A stretch of 64,000 bases of DNA from Candidatus Bathyarchaeota archaeon (GCA_963782525.1 CAWAKC010000010.1:128001-192000); one strand, 5' to 3'; shown: positions 39,119 through 50,300, counted from the stretch's first letter. The notes: a model not told the origin generated them from the sequence alone. Made by a program: numbers and translations.

Positions 39119-40918
39119 ATGACTGCTAAGCTTACGTTCTACGGTGGAGTCAACGAAATCGGCGGTAACAAGATCCTCCTCCAAACCGAGGATGGTTCGG
39201 TTCTTCTGGATTTTGGCCGTAGAATGGGTGAGTACGGCAAGTTCTTTTCCGAGTTCCTTGTGGGCTCGTTTCAAGAATGCTCTGCGGGATATGCTTCGGC
39301 TGGGGATTTTGCCTAAAATCGACGGCATCTATACGCCATACTTGGTTGATATGACACTTCTGTTTGAGAACGAAGCCGTCAGCGAAAAAGTTCCATTGAC
39401 TGAGGCATTGGATTACTGGAAAACCACCGATGTCTGCCCTTGCAACCCTGGGCATCCAGCAGTGGACGGCGTTTTTGTTTCGCATGCTCATTTTGACCAC
39501 ATTCAAGACGTTAGCTTCCTCGATCCATGCATCCCCGTTTACTGCACCGAAAAAACCAAGGTTCTTGCAAAAGCGATGACGGATGTTTCGGTCTCAGGCG
39601 TGGATGATCAATACTTCAAAATCGCCAAGAAAGTAACCATCAAACAAAAAGCTCCCTTGTTTAAAACCCTCTGTCCAGGAGAATGCGCATGTAGTGAAGA
39701 AAAAGAAGAGGCGCACCCAATTATTGAAGATCCCAAAACTAAATTTAAATTCACTTACGACATAGCGCCTCAGTACCGAACCTTTAACACGGCTTCTGAG
39801 GGGCAGATCAGGGGCATTAAGTACAAGCTGATTCCAGTCGGGCACTCTGTCCCAGGTGCGTGTTCAGTTTTGCTTACTCTTCCAGATAGCAAACGCATCC
39901 TCTATACTGGGATGTGAGGTTTCATGGCGCTGGCGAAGTGTCAATTGATGAATATGTCGGCTCGATTGGTGGTCCGGTTGATGTTTTGATTACAGAAGGA
40001 ACCCGGATCGGAACGGATGAAGTAATAACCGAAGAAGCTGTTGGAAGAGACATAAGCGCTGACATTGGGTGCTCTGAAGGGTTAGTTCTCATTAACTTTG
40101 GTTGGAAGGATCTTTCACGCTTCAACACCATCCACCAAGCAGCAAAAGAAAACGGCCGCACACTCATAATCAATGCCAAACTTGCGTACCTTCTCTATGA
40201 AATGCACAACAATTTCCCATCCGAGTACCCAGATCCACGAACAATACCTAACCTCAAGGTCTACTTGAAACGGGAAGGCGATCTCCTCTACTCAAAAGCA
40301 GACTACGACAAATACAAAATGGGCTACCTACACTACCACGGAAGAAACATCGCCCAAGACGATAGAAACATCATACGCGTGGCAGAAAGACTAGGCGTAG
40401 GCGGCAACCCAAACAACCCCAAAAACCCATTGCCTTCCACAAGCGATGGAGAACCATACGATTACCAAGATCTCTACTCTCTATCGATGCATCATTTAGA
40501 TAACGGCGTTAAAGCCTTCCAAATTAGACAAAGCCCCACAGAATACGTTTTGATGTTTTCGTATTGGGACGCAAACGAACTCTTCGACATAATCCAACTC
40601 GACAGCAACCATAAGACCCGGTATATTTCTGCGTCAACTGAACCCTTCAGCGAAGAAATGGAGATAGACGAAGCTAAAATGGTGAATTGGCTGGACTTTT
40701 TCCATGTTAACTATGACTACGAAATGAAAAAGGACCAAAAAAATTTCGTGCGAAGACACGTTTCCGGGCATGCTTCCAAACCAGAACTCACAGAACTAAT
40801 ACAGAGAATTAATGCAGCAAAAATAATTCCCATACACACCGAACATTGTGAGATCTTTGAAGCATTGTTTGGAGGAAAAATTGTTTTACCTAAATATGGG
40901 CAACCCGTCGAGGTATAA
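39119..40918 (+). pseudogene. Metallo-beta-lactamase/beta-CASP ribonuclease (RNase J-like) split by two frameshifts
   Basis: GGVNEIGGNKI, LLDFG, SHAHFDH, GHSVPGA, YTG/D, ITEGT, HVSGHA and PIHTEH spread over three overlapping ORFs; the break at ~39910 is in a G run. Confidence 0.82.
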
Positions 40919-41008
40919 TTCTTTACCGCATTTTCTGCAGACTTAACTGGCAATTTAGGGTAAATAAACCATATTTTTTTTTATCATCCATACCGCATTA
41001 GCTATTCA

Positions 41009-41040
41009 GTGAATATTGGTGAATTATGGTGAATATTCAC
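41009..41040. promoter_or_regulatory. Triple 10-bp repeat ending in the palindrome GTGAATATTCAC (candidate TA operator)
   Basis: GTGAATATTG GTGAATTATG GTGAATATTC AC immediately upstream of the mini-antitoxin/GNAT pair. Confidence 0.45.
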
Positions 41041-41059
41041 TAATATTGAACATAGTTTG

Positions 41060-41208
41060 ATGGTGAGTAATGTTCTTCCAAAACCAATACCTGCGTTAAA
41101 TGCAGAGCAGTGGGCTACATGGAGAAAGAAATGAAGCGGAAGTCATCAAAAAAAGATGCGGAGCGTCTCAAGCGAGTAAAGAAAACTTTTAAGAATTGTC
41201 CGTTATAA
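41060..41208 (+). pseudogene. Putative minimal antitoxin (frameshifted)
   Basis: MVSNVLPKPIPALNAEQWA / MEKEMKRKSSKKDAERLKRVKKTFKNCPL*; directly before the GNAT gene; weak resemblance to DUF1778 C-termini. Confidence 0.4.
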
Positions 41209-41220
41209 TACAACGTCTAT

Positions 41221-41750
41221 ATGAGCGCTAACAGGATAACTGCTAAAGACTTGTCTCCGCCAAAGATTTTGGACCAAATTGACGACGTTAGTAGCTTTAG
41301 TTGCGGCGTTAAAGACATGGATGAGTTTATACAAAAGGAAGCGTTGGATTTTCAGAAAGAACGCCTCGGTGTAACCTACCTTTTCATGCATGACCAGGAA
41401 TTAGTTGGGTTTGCTGCATTATCAATGGCAGACTTGAAAAGGGAAAAAATGGAAGCAAAGCATAGACCTCAATCTAAAGTTGAGAATTACCCTGCGCTCT
41501 TGATTGGACAGCTATCTGCGAAGAACTTCAAGGTCAAGACGTAGGCACATTCATTTGCGATTTTTGCTTGGACCGAGCTTTAAGGTTCTCGAAGATAATT
41601 GGATGCAGGTTCATGTTTGTAAATGCCCTAAAATCTGCGCTGGGATTTTACTTAAGATATTGTTTTGTGTTGCTTCCAAAGCAGGAAGGAAGAGACCAGA
41701 AAGTTATGTTCTTAGACATATCCAAAGCGACCGAACCACTAACAAATTAG
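41221..41750 (+). pseudogene. GNAT acetyltransferase toxin (TacT/AtaT-like), frameshifted near 41515
   Basis: FSCGVKDMDEFI, LVGFAALS, YPALLIGQL, then IGCRFMFVNA...ALGFYLRYCF in a second frame. Confidence 0.78.
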
Positions 41751-41903
41751 GCTTCCCATTTTTTGCTAACGGAATTAGTCCAACCTATGGCAATTTTTAT
41801 CCGGCCAGGTTTGCGGTCGAGAAATAACCAAAGAAGATTATGAACAATACGATGTTATGTGCTGGGAATGCTGGGACGACTACTAACTGAGTTGCTATGC
41901 GCT

Positions 41904-42554
41904 TTAGGGTTTATCTTGGATAACGTGGAATATGTTGGCTAATGTTTCATCGGCAACTGGAAGTTTGCGCCATCCAAACGTTCTGAGAATTTCTTCATCT
42001 GAAGGTGCAGGAACAACAAAATAGTCAGAGAGGTGTATTTTTTCAATCTCTTTTTCTTGTGCGTTTATGATTTTTCTGTCGATTATATCTTGCATTATTC
42101 TGTATCCAACGTACATTCGGATTGTATGTTTAAATTCATCCATGGCTTGTGCGTGTTTAGCCAACAGTATATTCACTCTTTTCAAATCTTCATTGCTTGT
42201 AATGTTGCATTCGGCATGGTTGATGTTGAGGAAGAAAAGTCGCATTAATCCTCTCTCATTTAAACCTGGCGTGAGCGAGAACAACCTGGAATCTTGAAGT
42301 AATCCATGATAAATTTTTTCCGACTCAGAGAGGTCATGGAATAGTTTAGACTTGGAAAGATCTATTTGAAAAATATGCTTAGCTGCAACGAAAATGAAGG
42401 CTTTTTCAAAGACAATGTAGCCACCGAAAGTTGGGATTCCATTTCGCCTATAGAGAACTCGTATTCTTTTGTGCAGCTCGCTTATCTTTGTTATCTCATT
42501 CTGGACTATAAGGTACGCAAGCTCTTGGGCAATGTTCTTCTTAAGATCAAACAT
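41904..42554 (-). CDS. Hypothetical protein
   Basis: 216-aa ORF; the 3' tail of a truncated upstream gene abuts its start. Confidence 0.6.
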   Translation of the reverse strand: MFDLKKNIAQELAYLIVQNEITKISELHKRIRVLYRRNGIPTFGGYIVFEKAFIFVAAKHIFQIDLSKSKLFHDLSESEKIYHGLLQDSRLFSLTPGLNERGLMRLFFLNINHAECNITSNEDLKRVNILLAKHAQAMDEFKHTIRMYVGYRIMQDIIDRKIINAQEKEIEKIHLSDYFVVPAPSDEEILRTFGWRKLPVADETLANIFHVIQDKP

Positions 42555-42719
42555 TTTTCTATTCTTCCAGTTCTATCTTAACATCTTCAATTTCTCGGGG
42601 TAAGGCTGCATGTTCTTTAGCCTTTGAAGCATTTAACATGTCCTTTGTTGCCTTCTTCGCAAATTGGCTCAAAAGAGGAATAAGCTTTTCCTGAGTTCAC
42701 CCTTCTCAAAATATGATAG

Positions 42720-42772
42720 TTGTTGCAACCGGTGTGCAGAATGCAGTTGCAGCATCAGCAGCAGCAACTTCT
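42720..42772 (+). repeat. Dispersed repeat family A, conserved copy
   Basis: TTGTTGCAACCGGTGTGCAGAATGCAGTTGCA is identical to 33707-33738. Confidence 0.85.
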
Positions 42773-43072
42773 CCAGCCCCGCAGTATATTCAAATTTTGG
42801 GATAAAGAAAGAATGGGCTCATATCTTCCAAGAGATGGATAAAAAAAAGACCTCAAGATGTCTAACAAGGAAATACAAAAAGAAATAGATGCAGCTCAAA
42901 AAAAGACAAATAATTTGATGTTGGAAGGCTTGCGTTTTAACCAACTATTTACAGGAACAGAAAAAGTTGGAGATGGTTTGTTATTCTACTCTTTTGTCAT
43001 ACTCTCCTATCACAGAAACCCTGCGAGCCCAAACTTGCTTATTCTTTTAAGCTTGCAGGTGGAAGGGCTTTT

Positions 43073-43633
43073 ATGCTTAAAGATGCGCATTTTAATATCA
43101 TGGCTACTAATTCTGCGCAGGATGAAAGCCAGAACGAAAAGGGTTCTTCTACAACTCAATACAAAAAATGCTACTTGACAACGGCTATCCGAGAATTCAA
43201 GTTGACAAAATGGCAAATCGAGTGTGCTTTAAGTGATGGCGTCCTTCAGCAGCTTCGAGCCCCAAATCCTCATAACAAAAGCGGACCTTTGGCTGTTATG
43301 CTCTACCGCGCCGAGATAGAACAGAACCTTAATCGACTAAGATCGTACCCAAGATTTTCACCACTAGAGTTGCAGGCAAATAATGCCAAGAGAACAGTTG
43401 TAGTAGCCAGAAAGAAAGCCAGAGACGAAGTTGAATTCTTCTGCGAAACCTGCCAAACCGCAATCAGAGCTCCCAATGGCTACCCTCCCTTTGAATGGTA
43501 CTGTCAAGGCAAGATCCCTCAAAAACGCGCCTCAACGCTACTCCGCAGACACCATGTTAGGCATTGGCACAATAGCTTTGACGAGTTCTCCGTAACCTCA
43601 GGGCTGGAATGGAATTCGACGAAGCCAACATAG
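43073..43633 (+). CDS. Hypothetical protein with XPA-C-like DNA-binding motif, CxxC and DUF2293-like tail
   Basis: LTTAIREFKLT...RAPNPHNKSGPLAVMLYRAEIE; CETC; HHVRHWHNSFDE. Confidence 0.55.
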   Translation: MLKDAHFNIMATNSAQDESQNEKGSSTTQYKKCYLTTAIREFKLTKWQIECALSDGVLQQLRAPNPHNKSGPLAVMLYRAEIEQNLNRLRSYPRFSPLELQANNAKRTVVVARKKARDEVEFFCETCQTAIRAPNGYPPFEWYCQGKIPQKRASTLLRRHHVRHWHNSFDEFSVTSGLEWNSTKPT

Positions 43634-43759
43634 AAGCCAATGCGTACGCAGAACGGATGATAAGCAGCAAAACAAACCTTAAACACTAAAAAAGAAAAGA
43701 GGAAGAAGAAAAAACCTAATTTTCCAAAAAACGCCAATTTTTTCTTCTTCTACCAGTTA

Positions 43760-43809
43760 GTTCTCGAGTTCCCGACTGCACCGACTTTCTAGGTGTAGAC
43801 CTATCGGTA
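43760..43809 (+). repeat. Direct repeat family B, copy 1
   Basis: GTTCTCGAGTTCCCGACTGCACCGACTTTCTAGGTGTAGACCTATCGGTA aligns with 45076-45126. Confidence 0.75.
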
Positions 43810-43847
43810 ACGTGTTTAATTGATTTACTTGTTTTTCAGCTTTTTTA

Positions 43848-44261
43848 TTATGTTTCTTCATTTTCAGAGTTTATTCGCTTGAATGACTGCTTGAATTTTT
43901 CCCCTTCCAGCGATTCAGGCTCAATTAGTTTTGTATATGGATTGGCAATGTTGTCTTTTGTGGGAAATTGTACGCTGCATGGTGGCTGCCGCTTTAGTGC
44001 TGCTTTTTCTTCTTTAGTCATTTTTATGCCAAACTTGTGCACTTCGTCGTGGCACGGTTGTCTGCACAGCCATATGAAAGGTGGCTTATGTTCGCCTGTG
44101 AGTGAATGTTTCGTCATTGCGTCGCCTACTCTGCCGCATTTGGAACACTGTTTTAGTTTCTTTGGGGGTCTTCGTGTTTTGGTTTTTAACCTACTTTTGA
44201 CACCGCTGAACATGCCGTAGTCTTTGTAAACATCTTCTTTGGTAGTTGTGCGCTTAGTCAC
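43848..44261 (-). CDS. Small HNH-like Zn-binding protein
   Basis: CSKCG...MTKHS...IWLCRQPCHDEVH resembles the HNH (CxxC...H...CxxCH) pattern. Confidence 0.6.
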   Translation of the reverse strand: MTKRTTTKEDVYKDYGMFSGVKSRLKTKTRRPPKKLKQCSKCGRVGDAMTKHSLTGEHKPPFIWLCRQPCHDEVHKFGIKMTKEEKAALKRQPPCSVQFPTKDNIANPYTKLIEPESLEGEKFKQSFKRINSENEET

Positions 44262-44342
44262 TTCTTGTCGTCCATCCGTTTCCTCTTAGATTTGAAAATT
44301 TTAGTTCTTTACGATTAAAAGGATAAAATCAACGATTGGGCT

Positions 44343-44759
44343 TTATGGTGTAATGATTTCTAAGTCAGAAATCCTGCTGAAGTGCGCTTGGTTGCGTGTG
44401 GCGACACTGTATTCCCTCGTTAGGGCGATGGCAGCGATGAGGGTGTCTCTTAGTCCAATCGGTTGTCCTTGAAGCTCTAGTTGTGCGTATATGTGGCCTG
44501 CTTTTTGGGCAGCTTTTGATGTAAATGGAAGAATAGATAACCTTCTTATGAGTACGTGGATTGCTTGAAGATTTTTTTCGCTTTCCTGAGATTTATGTGC
44601 TCCATGATGGAGTTCAAAGATATTGACTGCAGTGGTTGCCAAAATGTAGTTTTTTTCTTCAAGCTTGGTGATGAAGGCTGTTGCTTGTTTCTGGTTTCTT
44701 AGCAGGTCAATTAAGAGGTCGGTATCGATGACTGTTTTTACGGTTTCCATGTTTCCCAT
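44343..44759 (-). CDS. vapC: VapC PIN-domain toxin
   Basis: VIDTDLLID, NIFELHHG, DTLIAAIA, VATRNQAHF. Confidence 0.92.
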   Translation of the reverse strand: MGNMETVKTVIDTDLLIDLLRNQKQATAFITKLEEKNYILATTAVNIFELHHGAHKSQESEKNLQAIHVLIRRLSILPFTSKAAQKAGHIYAQLELQGQPIGLRDTLIAAIALTREYSVATRNQAHFSRISDLEIITP

Positions 44760-44986
44760 GCCCTGGCAATTGACTCTTTGACTTCTTTTGCTTCAGTATC
44801 ATTCATACTCCATGAACCTGCTAGATCAGAAATCTTTTTTCCTTTTCTGCTTCGCCGTATTATGTATTTCATTGCTTCATCCATCGATACAGGTCGTTTT
44901 CTTTTGATTTGTAATTCGCCTGCGATAGCGCACAATTCGGAATATGTTTCTTTGCTGATTTTCACTGCTTTAAGCTCAGCGGTCAC
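44738..44986 (-). CDS. vapB: VapB-type antitoxin
   Basis: KAVKISKETYSEL (RHH-like), ISDLAGSWSM; overlaps the vapC start. Confidence 0.82.
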   Translation of the reverse strand: MTAELKAVKISKETYSELCAIAGELQIKRKRPVSMDEAMKYIIRRSRKGKKISDLAGSWSMNDTEAKEVKESIARAWETWKP

Positions 44987-45075
44987 ATCACATCACAGGT
45001 GGTAAAAGTAGTATTAACCCACTTATTAACCAACTGGCAACTTCAATTATTTTTGTTATTTTTCGTCTACGGATT

Positions 45076-45126
45076 GTTCTCGAGTTCTTAACTGAACCAA
45101 CTTTCACAGTGTAAGCCTATCCGGTA
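45076..45126 (+). repeat. Direct repeat family B, copy 2
   Basis: GTTCTCGAGTTCTTAACTGAACCAACTTTCACAGTGTAAGCCTATCCGGTA. Confidence 0.75.
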
Positions 45127-45593
45127 CGCTCGACTGCCAAAACGGGAAAGAAGAACGACAAGCAAGATTTTGGGGAGCTGTTGTTCATTTATCGAAAAAA
45201 GATCCGGGCGGGGCATTCCCCTTCAACCATTGAAACAGGGCTATGAGTTATTATTGAAAGAAGAAGACAGCGCTGTGGGCAGAGATTGTGTCTTCTCTTT
45301 TAGTTACGTGAGCGTTTTGTCTTTGTTGGAAAGAAGAAGAAAAACATGCCCGCAGGAAATCACCCGTTCTTCTTCTTTAATTAGAGAAGTTCGGTTTATT
45401 GATGGAAAAAAAGAATTCTAATTCTGTTGGAGCAGTTTTTTCTTTATTAAGCTTTAGTGGGTAGCAAGGTCAACCGCCAAAGATAAAGCATAAACATTCG
45501 CTGTCGGTACCATTTTAGCTAAATTCAAGAAGGTCCATAGCTACAAATCAGGGGAAATAAGAAAATTAAGGCGCTACTTTGCTGGCCCAATTT

Positions 45594-46229
45594 TTAGAGG
45601 CCGGGTATGTTTATGTCTACCAGGTTTATGTCCATGTTGTAAGATTGTCCTTGAACTGTTGGTGAGGTCATTACCATTTTGATTGGCCATTGGACGGTGT
45701 TGTCAACATAGTATGCTGCGCTCATTCCTTGGCTGCTGTATTCGTAGACGGTGCAGGTTCTTGTTCCAAGGTTTGGTATAGTTATTTGTGCGGTGTATGA
45801 GTTGTTTAGTGGTAGGTTTTCAGGTTGGAAATTCATGTTTTCTCTGCTTACCCAGGTTGTGGTTGTGTTTTCTGTTGCACCGAAAGGTGTTGACATGTTG
45901 TAGTCGGTTGATATTTGTATGTGCGTTTGGTTGACATCAACGATTTCCATTTTTGCGTTGAAGGTGATGCTCATGGATAGGATTTCAGCTTGGCCTGCAT
46001 AAGTGGCATAAGCGCCCTTTTTGATCCAAGATTGCGGGGTATTCTGGTTATCTATTATGCTATTTTGATTGTTAGTTTGGGTATTGGGTGTTTTGTTGCT
46101 TGCTGTTAAAATCGCCGCAGCAGAGGCGACTGTTGCAATTGCTACGACAGCTACTAAAATTATTGCGATTAGTTTTTTGCTAAGAATGTTTTTTTTTGCG
46201 ACTTGTTGATTGCTTTCCAATTGGGCCAC
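45594..46229 (-). CDS. Membrane-anchored secreted hypothetical protein
   Basis: N-terminal TM, N/Q/T linker, WIKKGAYATY beta-rich domain. Confidence 0.75.
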   Translation of the reverse strand: MAQLESNQQVAKKNILSKKLIAIILVAVVAIATVASAAAILTASNKTPNTQTNNQNSIIDNQNTPQSWIKKGAYATYAGQAEILSMSITFNAKMEIVDVNQTHIQISTDYNMSTPFGATENTTTTWVSRENMNFQPENLPLNNSYTAQITIPNLGTRTCTVYEYSSQGMSAAYYVDNTVQWPIKMVMTSPTVQGQSYNMDINLVDINIPGL

Positions 46230-46686
46230 CGTTTGATTGCAAGAATATTAAGATATAATATATATCTTGCGCACACAAAATAAGAACCAGAACAACAACA
46301 ATTTTTTTTAAAGCTGTTGATCTTTCATAGACTTAAATAAACCCTATTTCATTGGGAGAACAACAACACGCCAAAATTCCAGTTTGTTGTTGTTATTTTG
46401 GTAGCGCAGACGTTATCTTGAAAGAAGAAAAAATTGCTATTCGGGAAAAATCGATTTTTATAAGCAAACCTTTGTAGAGACTTCGGAAAATCTTGATTTT
46501 TTTAGGATCGACCACAACTTGGGAAAGATAAAACATTACAGAAAAATAATCCTACTCTTAGTTATCGATGGATCATTCTATTTGTCGCCGTTCTAGGCTT
46601 TTATAGCTTTCACCGTTCACTCAAGGTAAAAACTAAGAAAAGGAAAAGTTGGTTTTCTTAATAACGTCGTGCACCTGTATTATTTA

Positions 46687-47130
46687 TCATCCAACGAAAA
46701 TCATTCTCATGTATACGCCATCAGGATATGAATTTGCTCTTGATGGATCCATCTTCATGCCCATAAGAAACAGTCCGATCATTGAATTAGAATAGTAAAC
46801 CCACGTATTTTCTGGAACGGTAAATATCATAGGTGGTATTGTCGCGTCAATAGCTTGTGGTTTTTCTGCATTGGTTGCACTCAACATTTGAGCTCTTCCT
46901 GATTGGTGAGCAATCGGAGGATTTATCCATTCATTCATTACTCCGCTTGGAAGCCAAAGTTCTGTAAGACTATTTTTGCCCTTATTAGTCGCAAAAGCAT
47001 TCGGATTTTTGTCAACTGCGTTGTCTGGTCCGATTGCAAGAACAGGCGTTGCCAACATGACAAGCAACAGGAACATAATCGTGATTGTAATGATTTTTTT
47101 ATTCATTTCTTTCACCTCTACTAAACCCAT
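46687..47130 (-). CDS. Secreted hypothetical protein
   Basis: MNKKIITITIMFLLLVMLATPVLA signal peptide. Confidence 0.7.
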   Translation of the reverse strand: MGLVEVKEMNKKIITITIMFLLLVMLATPVLAIGPDNAVDKNPNAFATNKGKNSLTELWLPSGVMNEWINPPIAHQSGRAQMLSATNAEKPQAIDATIPPMIFTVPENTWVYYSNSMIGLFLMGMKMDPSRANSYPDGVYMRMIFVG

Positions 47131-47326
47131 AATATGACAAAAAATAGATAGCTTTTTTTAGCACCAAGAAAAGCCTGAAATCAGGAACTAATAATCTTAT
47201 TAAAGATTATTCAAGCTTAAATTAGGTTTTAAAATTAGAATCAGCTGATTTAAACTCACAGAAGCTATTACAAACTCAAAATAGCAGAAAACGTTCAAAA
47301 ATGAGCTATTTATTTTTTGTCTTTAG

Positions 47327-50300
47327 CTACCTAAGATCAATTTGACGTTTCATAGGTTCCTTTTCATAACAAATCCGAAGCTTCATAATATTGCCTCCAC
47401 GACCACGTTCTCCTGGGAAAAAGCGTGTCTCAACTAGACCTCTGCGTTGCAACTCACAAATGACTTTTCCCGACCGACCTTTTCGTCCATATACAGCTGA
47501 AGCAGGCACCTTTCCATGTTTAACTACATCCATCGATGTCCTCCAACCCGACTTTTCCATAGGCAATCTCAACCGCATGTAGTCCTCAACAAAAGAACTG
47601 ACCAAAAAGTCGAATACTTTCCTCGAAGCCTCGCTCTTAAATTCAAATCCCACTGCTGAGACTTCTTTAGACTCAGAAAGCGCATTGACAGGAAGAATGG
47701 AAATTGCCTTTTCACTTGGACTCTCTTTCAATTGATCAACTGGAGATATTTTTATAGTGACCACTTTGGGCACGCAAGTTTTACAATTCCCAGTCTCGTC
47801 TATATAGACGATCTTCGGAGAAAAACTGTAGACACCTTCTTTGGTTGCGTATAGCGAAAATTTAATTGTTAACATTTGGAAAGGCGATATAGACTGTTTT
47901 CTGAACTCTATGGAACCTTTTGCCAAAACATAATTAGTAGGCATCTTAGAGACGCTAAAGCTGGGAGAATACAGGTTATCAACTGCGATAAGAAATCCGT
48001 TACATCTTGAAACGTTAACTATTTCAAGCCATACTTCAAATTCGTCCCCAACCGAACTTTCTTTCTTTAGCATCAAAGATGGCTCTAAATCAAAATATCT
48101 AAATTGACTATCAATTTTCTTAGTAAACATCAGGCTTTTTGCCCTTTGAACCTCGGCATCTGAAGATCGACCTTGTTTATCCAAAGTTGAAGCATAATCT
48201 ATCCTCATCGTTGCTTCAAAAGCTCTTGCGAAAAGTGCACCTTTTAAGAGGTCAAGACTCAAATCAAAAAGCGTATTGCTCTTTTCCCAATCCTTCTTCG
48301 CAGCAAAGAACAGCGCCTTGGCTTTAATCATGGCGGCATAGCCAAGTTTGCTCCCGACTTTAGACTCGTCAGGAAATAGGCGCTTAATTTCAACGTAGTG
48401 CTTTTCAGCGTTTTCCAAATCGCCAAGTTTAGAGTATAAAGCCAAAAGACTAGCCAAACTCTGGCTTTGGATATAATGAGAGTCAGTCTTTTCCGCATAT
48501 TTATTCGCTAGAAGATTCTGGGTAACTGCCGCCTCTAATTCACCCAAAATATCCAGGGTTATAGCCGAATAAACAGCAGCCCAACCAGTTCTATAAATGT
48601 ACCCAATCTTCTCACTGATCTCGAATGCCTTGCCAAAACACGCTCACGCTTCACTAAACAGTCTATAATTGAAGAACACTTGACCAGCATAAAAATAAGC
48701 ATCCACTTGCCCACGAAAATCTCCAATTTCCTCGTTCAATGCAATAGCACGCTTAACAACTACAATGGCTTTTTCAGGATAGCCCTCAGTTTGGTAGAGG
48801 CTAGCACTTTCATTTAGCGCTTGGGCTAAATCTGCTAATGAGTTTTCTTCTTCAAAAACAGCTAATGCATTTTCTAAACATTTCAACGTTTCTTTTGAAT
48901 TTCCAAATGAGCCCATGGCTGCTGCTTTGTTCAGAAGTAGTCGTGCGTATTCTAATCGACCAAATTCCACGAGGTCGTCTGCTTCTTTGGATAATTCTAG
49001 CGAATGGGCAAAATCTCCAAGCCATCGCGATGATGCCACTGATTTTCGTAGTGCTCGCAGCTTTACTACTCCTTTCTCGGTACTATACAAAAGATGATTG
49101 AACATTTTTTGTGCTTCACGGAACTCACCTGTGGCAAAAAATGCGTCTCCCAATCCTTCAATTGCTGAAGCACGTTCATCTAAGTACTGTTCCTTTTCCT
49201 CTGAAATATCCAAAACATATGAGAAAAATTTCTTCGCTTCCAGGTTACTGAATTTTGCTAAAGCCTCTTTACCTGCCCGCAAAGAATACTCCAATGTTTT
49301 GGGGCCATTTCCAGCTTTTTCGTAGTGGAACGATAAATGACTAGCGATACTTTTTTTCTGGTTCTTACTGAGGGTTTCCAATCTCTCAGCAATTAAAAGA
49401 TGGTAACCAGACTTCAACGGTATTGGCAATTCATCGTAGATTATTTCCTGGGACTTCGCGTGGTCAAACGAGTAAGAGCCATCTTCAAACTTTATCCGCA
49501 AAGTTGTTTTAGATATTGAATTCAGTTTTTCTAAAATCTGAATTTGCTCCTGACCCAGCACAGACGCAATCAACTTAAAATCAAACTTTTCTCCAAGAAC
49601 AGAAGCAACATCCAGTATCTTTCTGTGTTTAAGCTTTAAACTGCTGACTCTTTGCAAAATTATATCTTTAACTTTTAAGGGAATTATAACTTTTAAGGGA
49701 ATTACTATTCTATCGGTGGAGGGACGCCATTCACCATTTTCTTGAATGAGACTACCCTCATTACCCAATGTCCTTAAGGATTCAACAACAAAAAGAGCAT
49801 TACCCTGACTTTCAAATGATAATTTTTCCAAAAAAGTAGGTTGTATTTGGCCTCCTAACATACTGGATGCTAACACTCCAACCTCATATGCATTAAGGCT
49901 CGGCAACTTGATTTCCCGATATAGATCCTCTCGACCCATCGCTCGGAGCGTTTCAACAAGCGATGAAGGTTGCCCTTGTAAATCAAAACTTAAACTCTCA
50001 CTCCTAAATGTGGCCAGAACAAAAATCCTCTCAGAATTGACAAACCGAGAAATATAATGAAGTAATGCCAACGATGCAGAATCAGCCCAATGAATATCTT
50101 CAAGAACCAAAACAACAGGCTTTCTAGTAGACAAATTTAGTAATTCCTTAGTTAACTGATGCAAACGTTAAATCCATCCAAGCTTGAGGGGACCTCACCT
50201 CGCCTGTATATTCACTATTTTGAAGAGACACTATTCCATCGATTTGACCCTTAACCTTCGGCATAGCAGAAAGTAATTCTTCCGTATTCGGATAAACTGC

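Noticed and set aside
39900-39920. Selenocysteine or stop-codon readthrough at the TGA ending ORF 39144-39917
   Set aside because: The continuation is in a different frame, and adding one G restores YTGDVRFHG, so this is a frameshift and not recoding.
43760-45126. Integron attC cassettes
   Set aside because: The repeats lack the RYYYAAC...GTTRRRY ends and the attC hairpin, and the integrase relic is too incomplete to identify as IntI.
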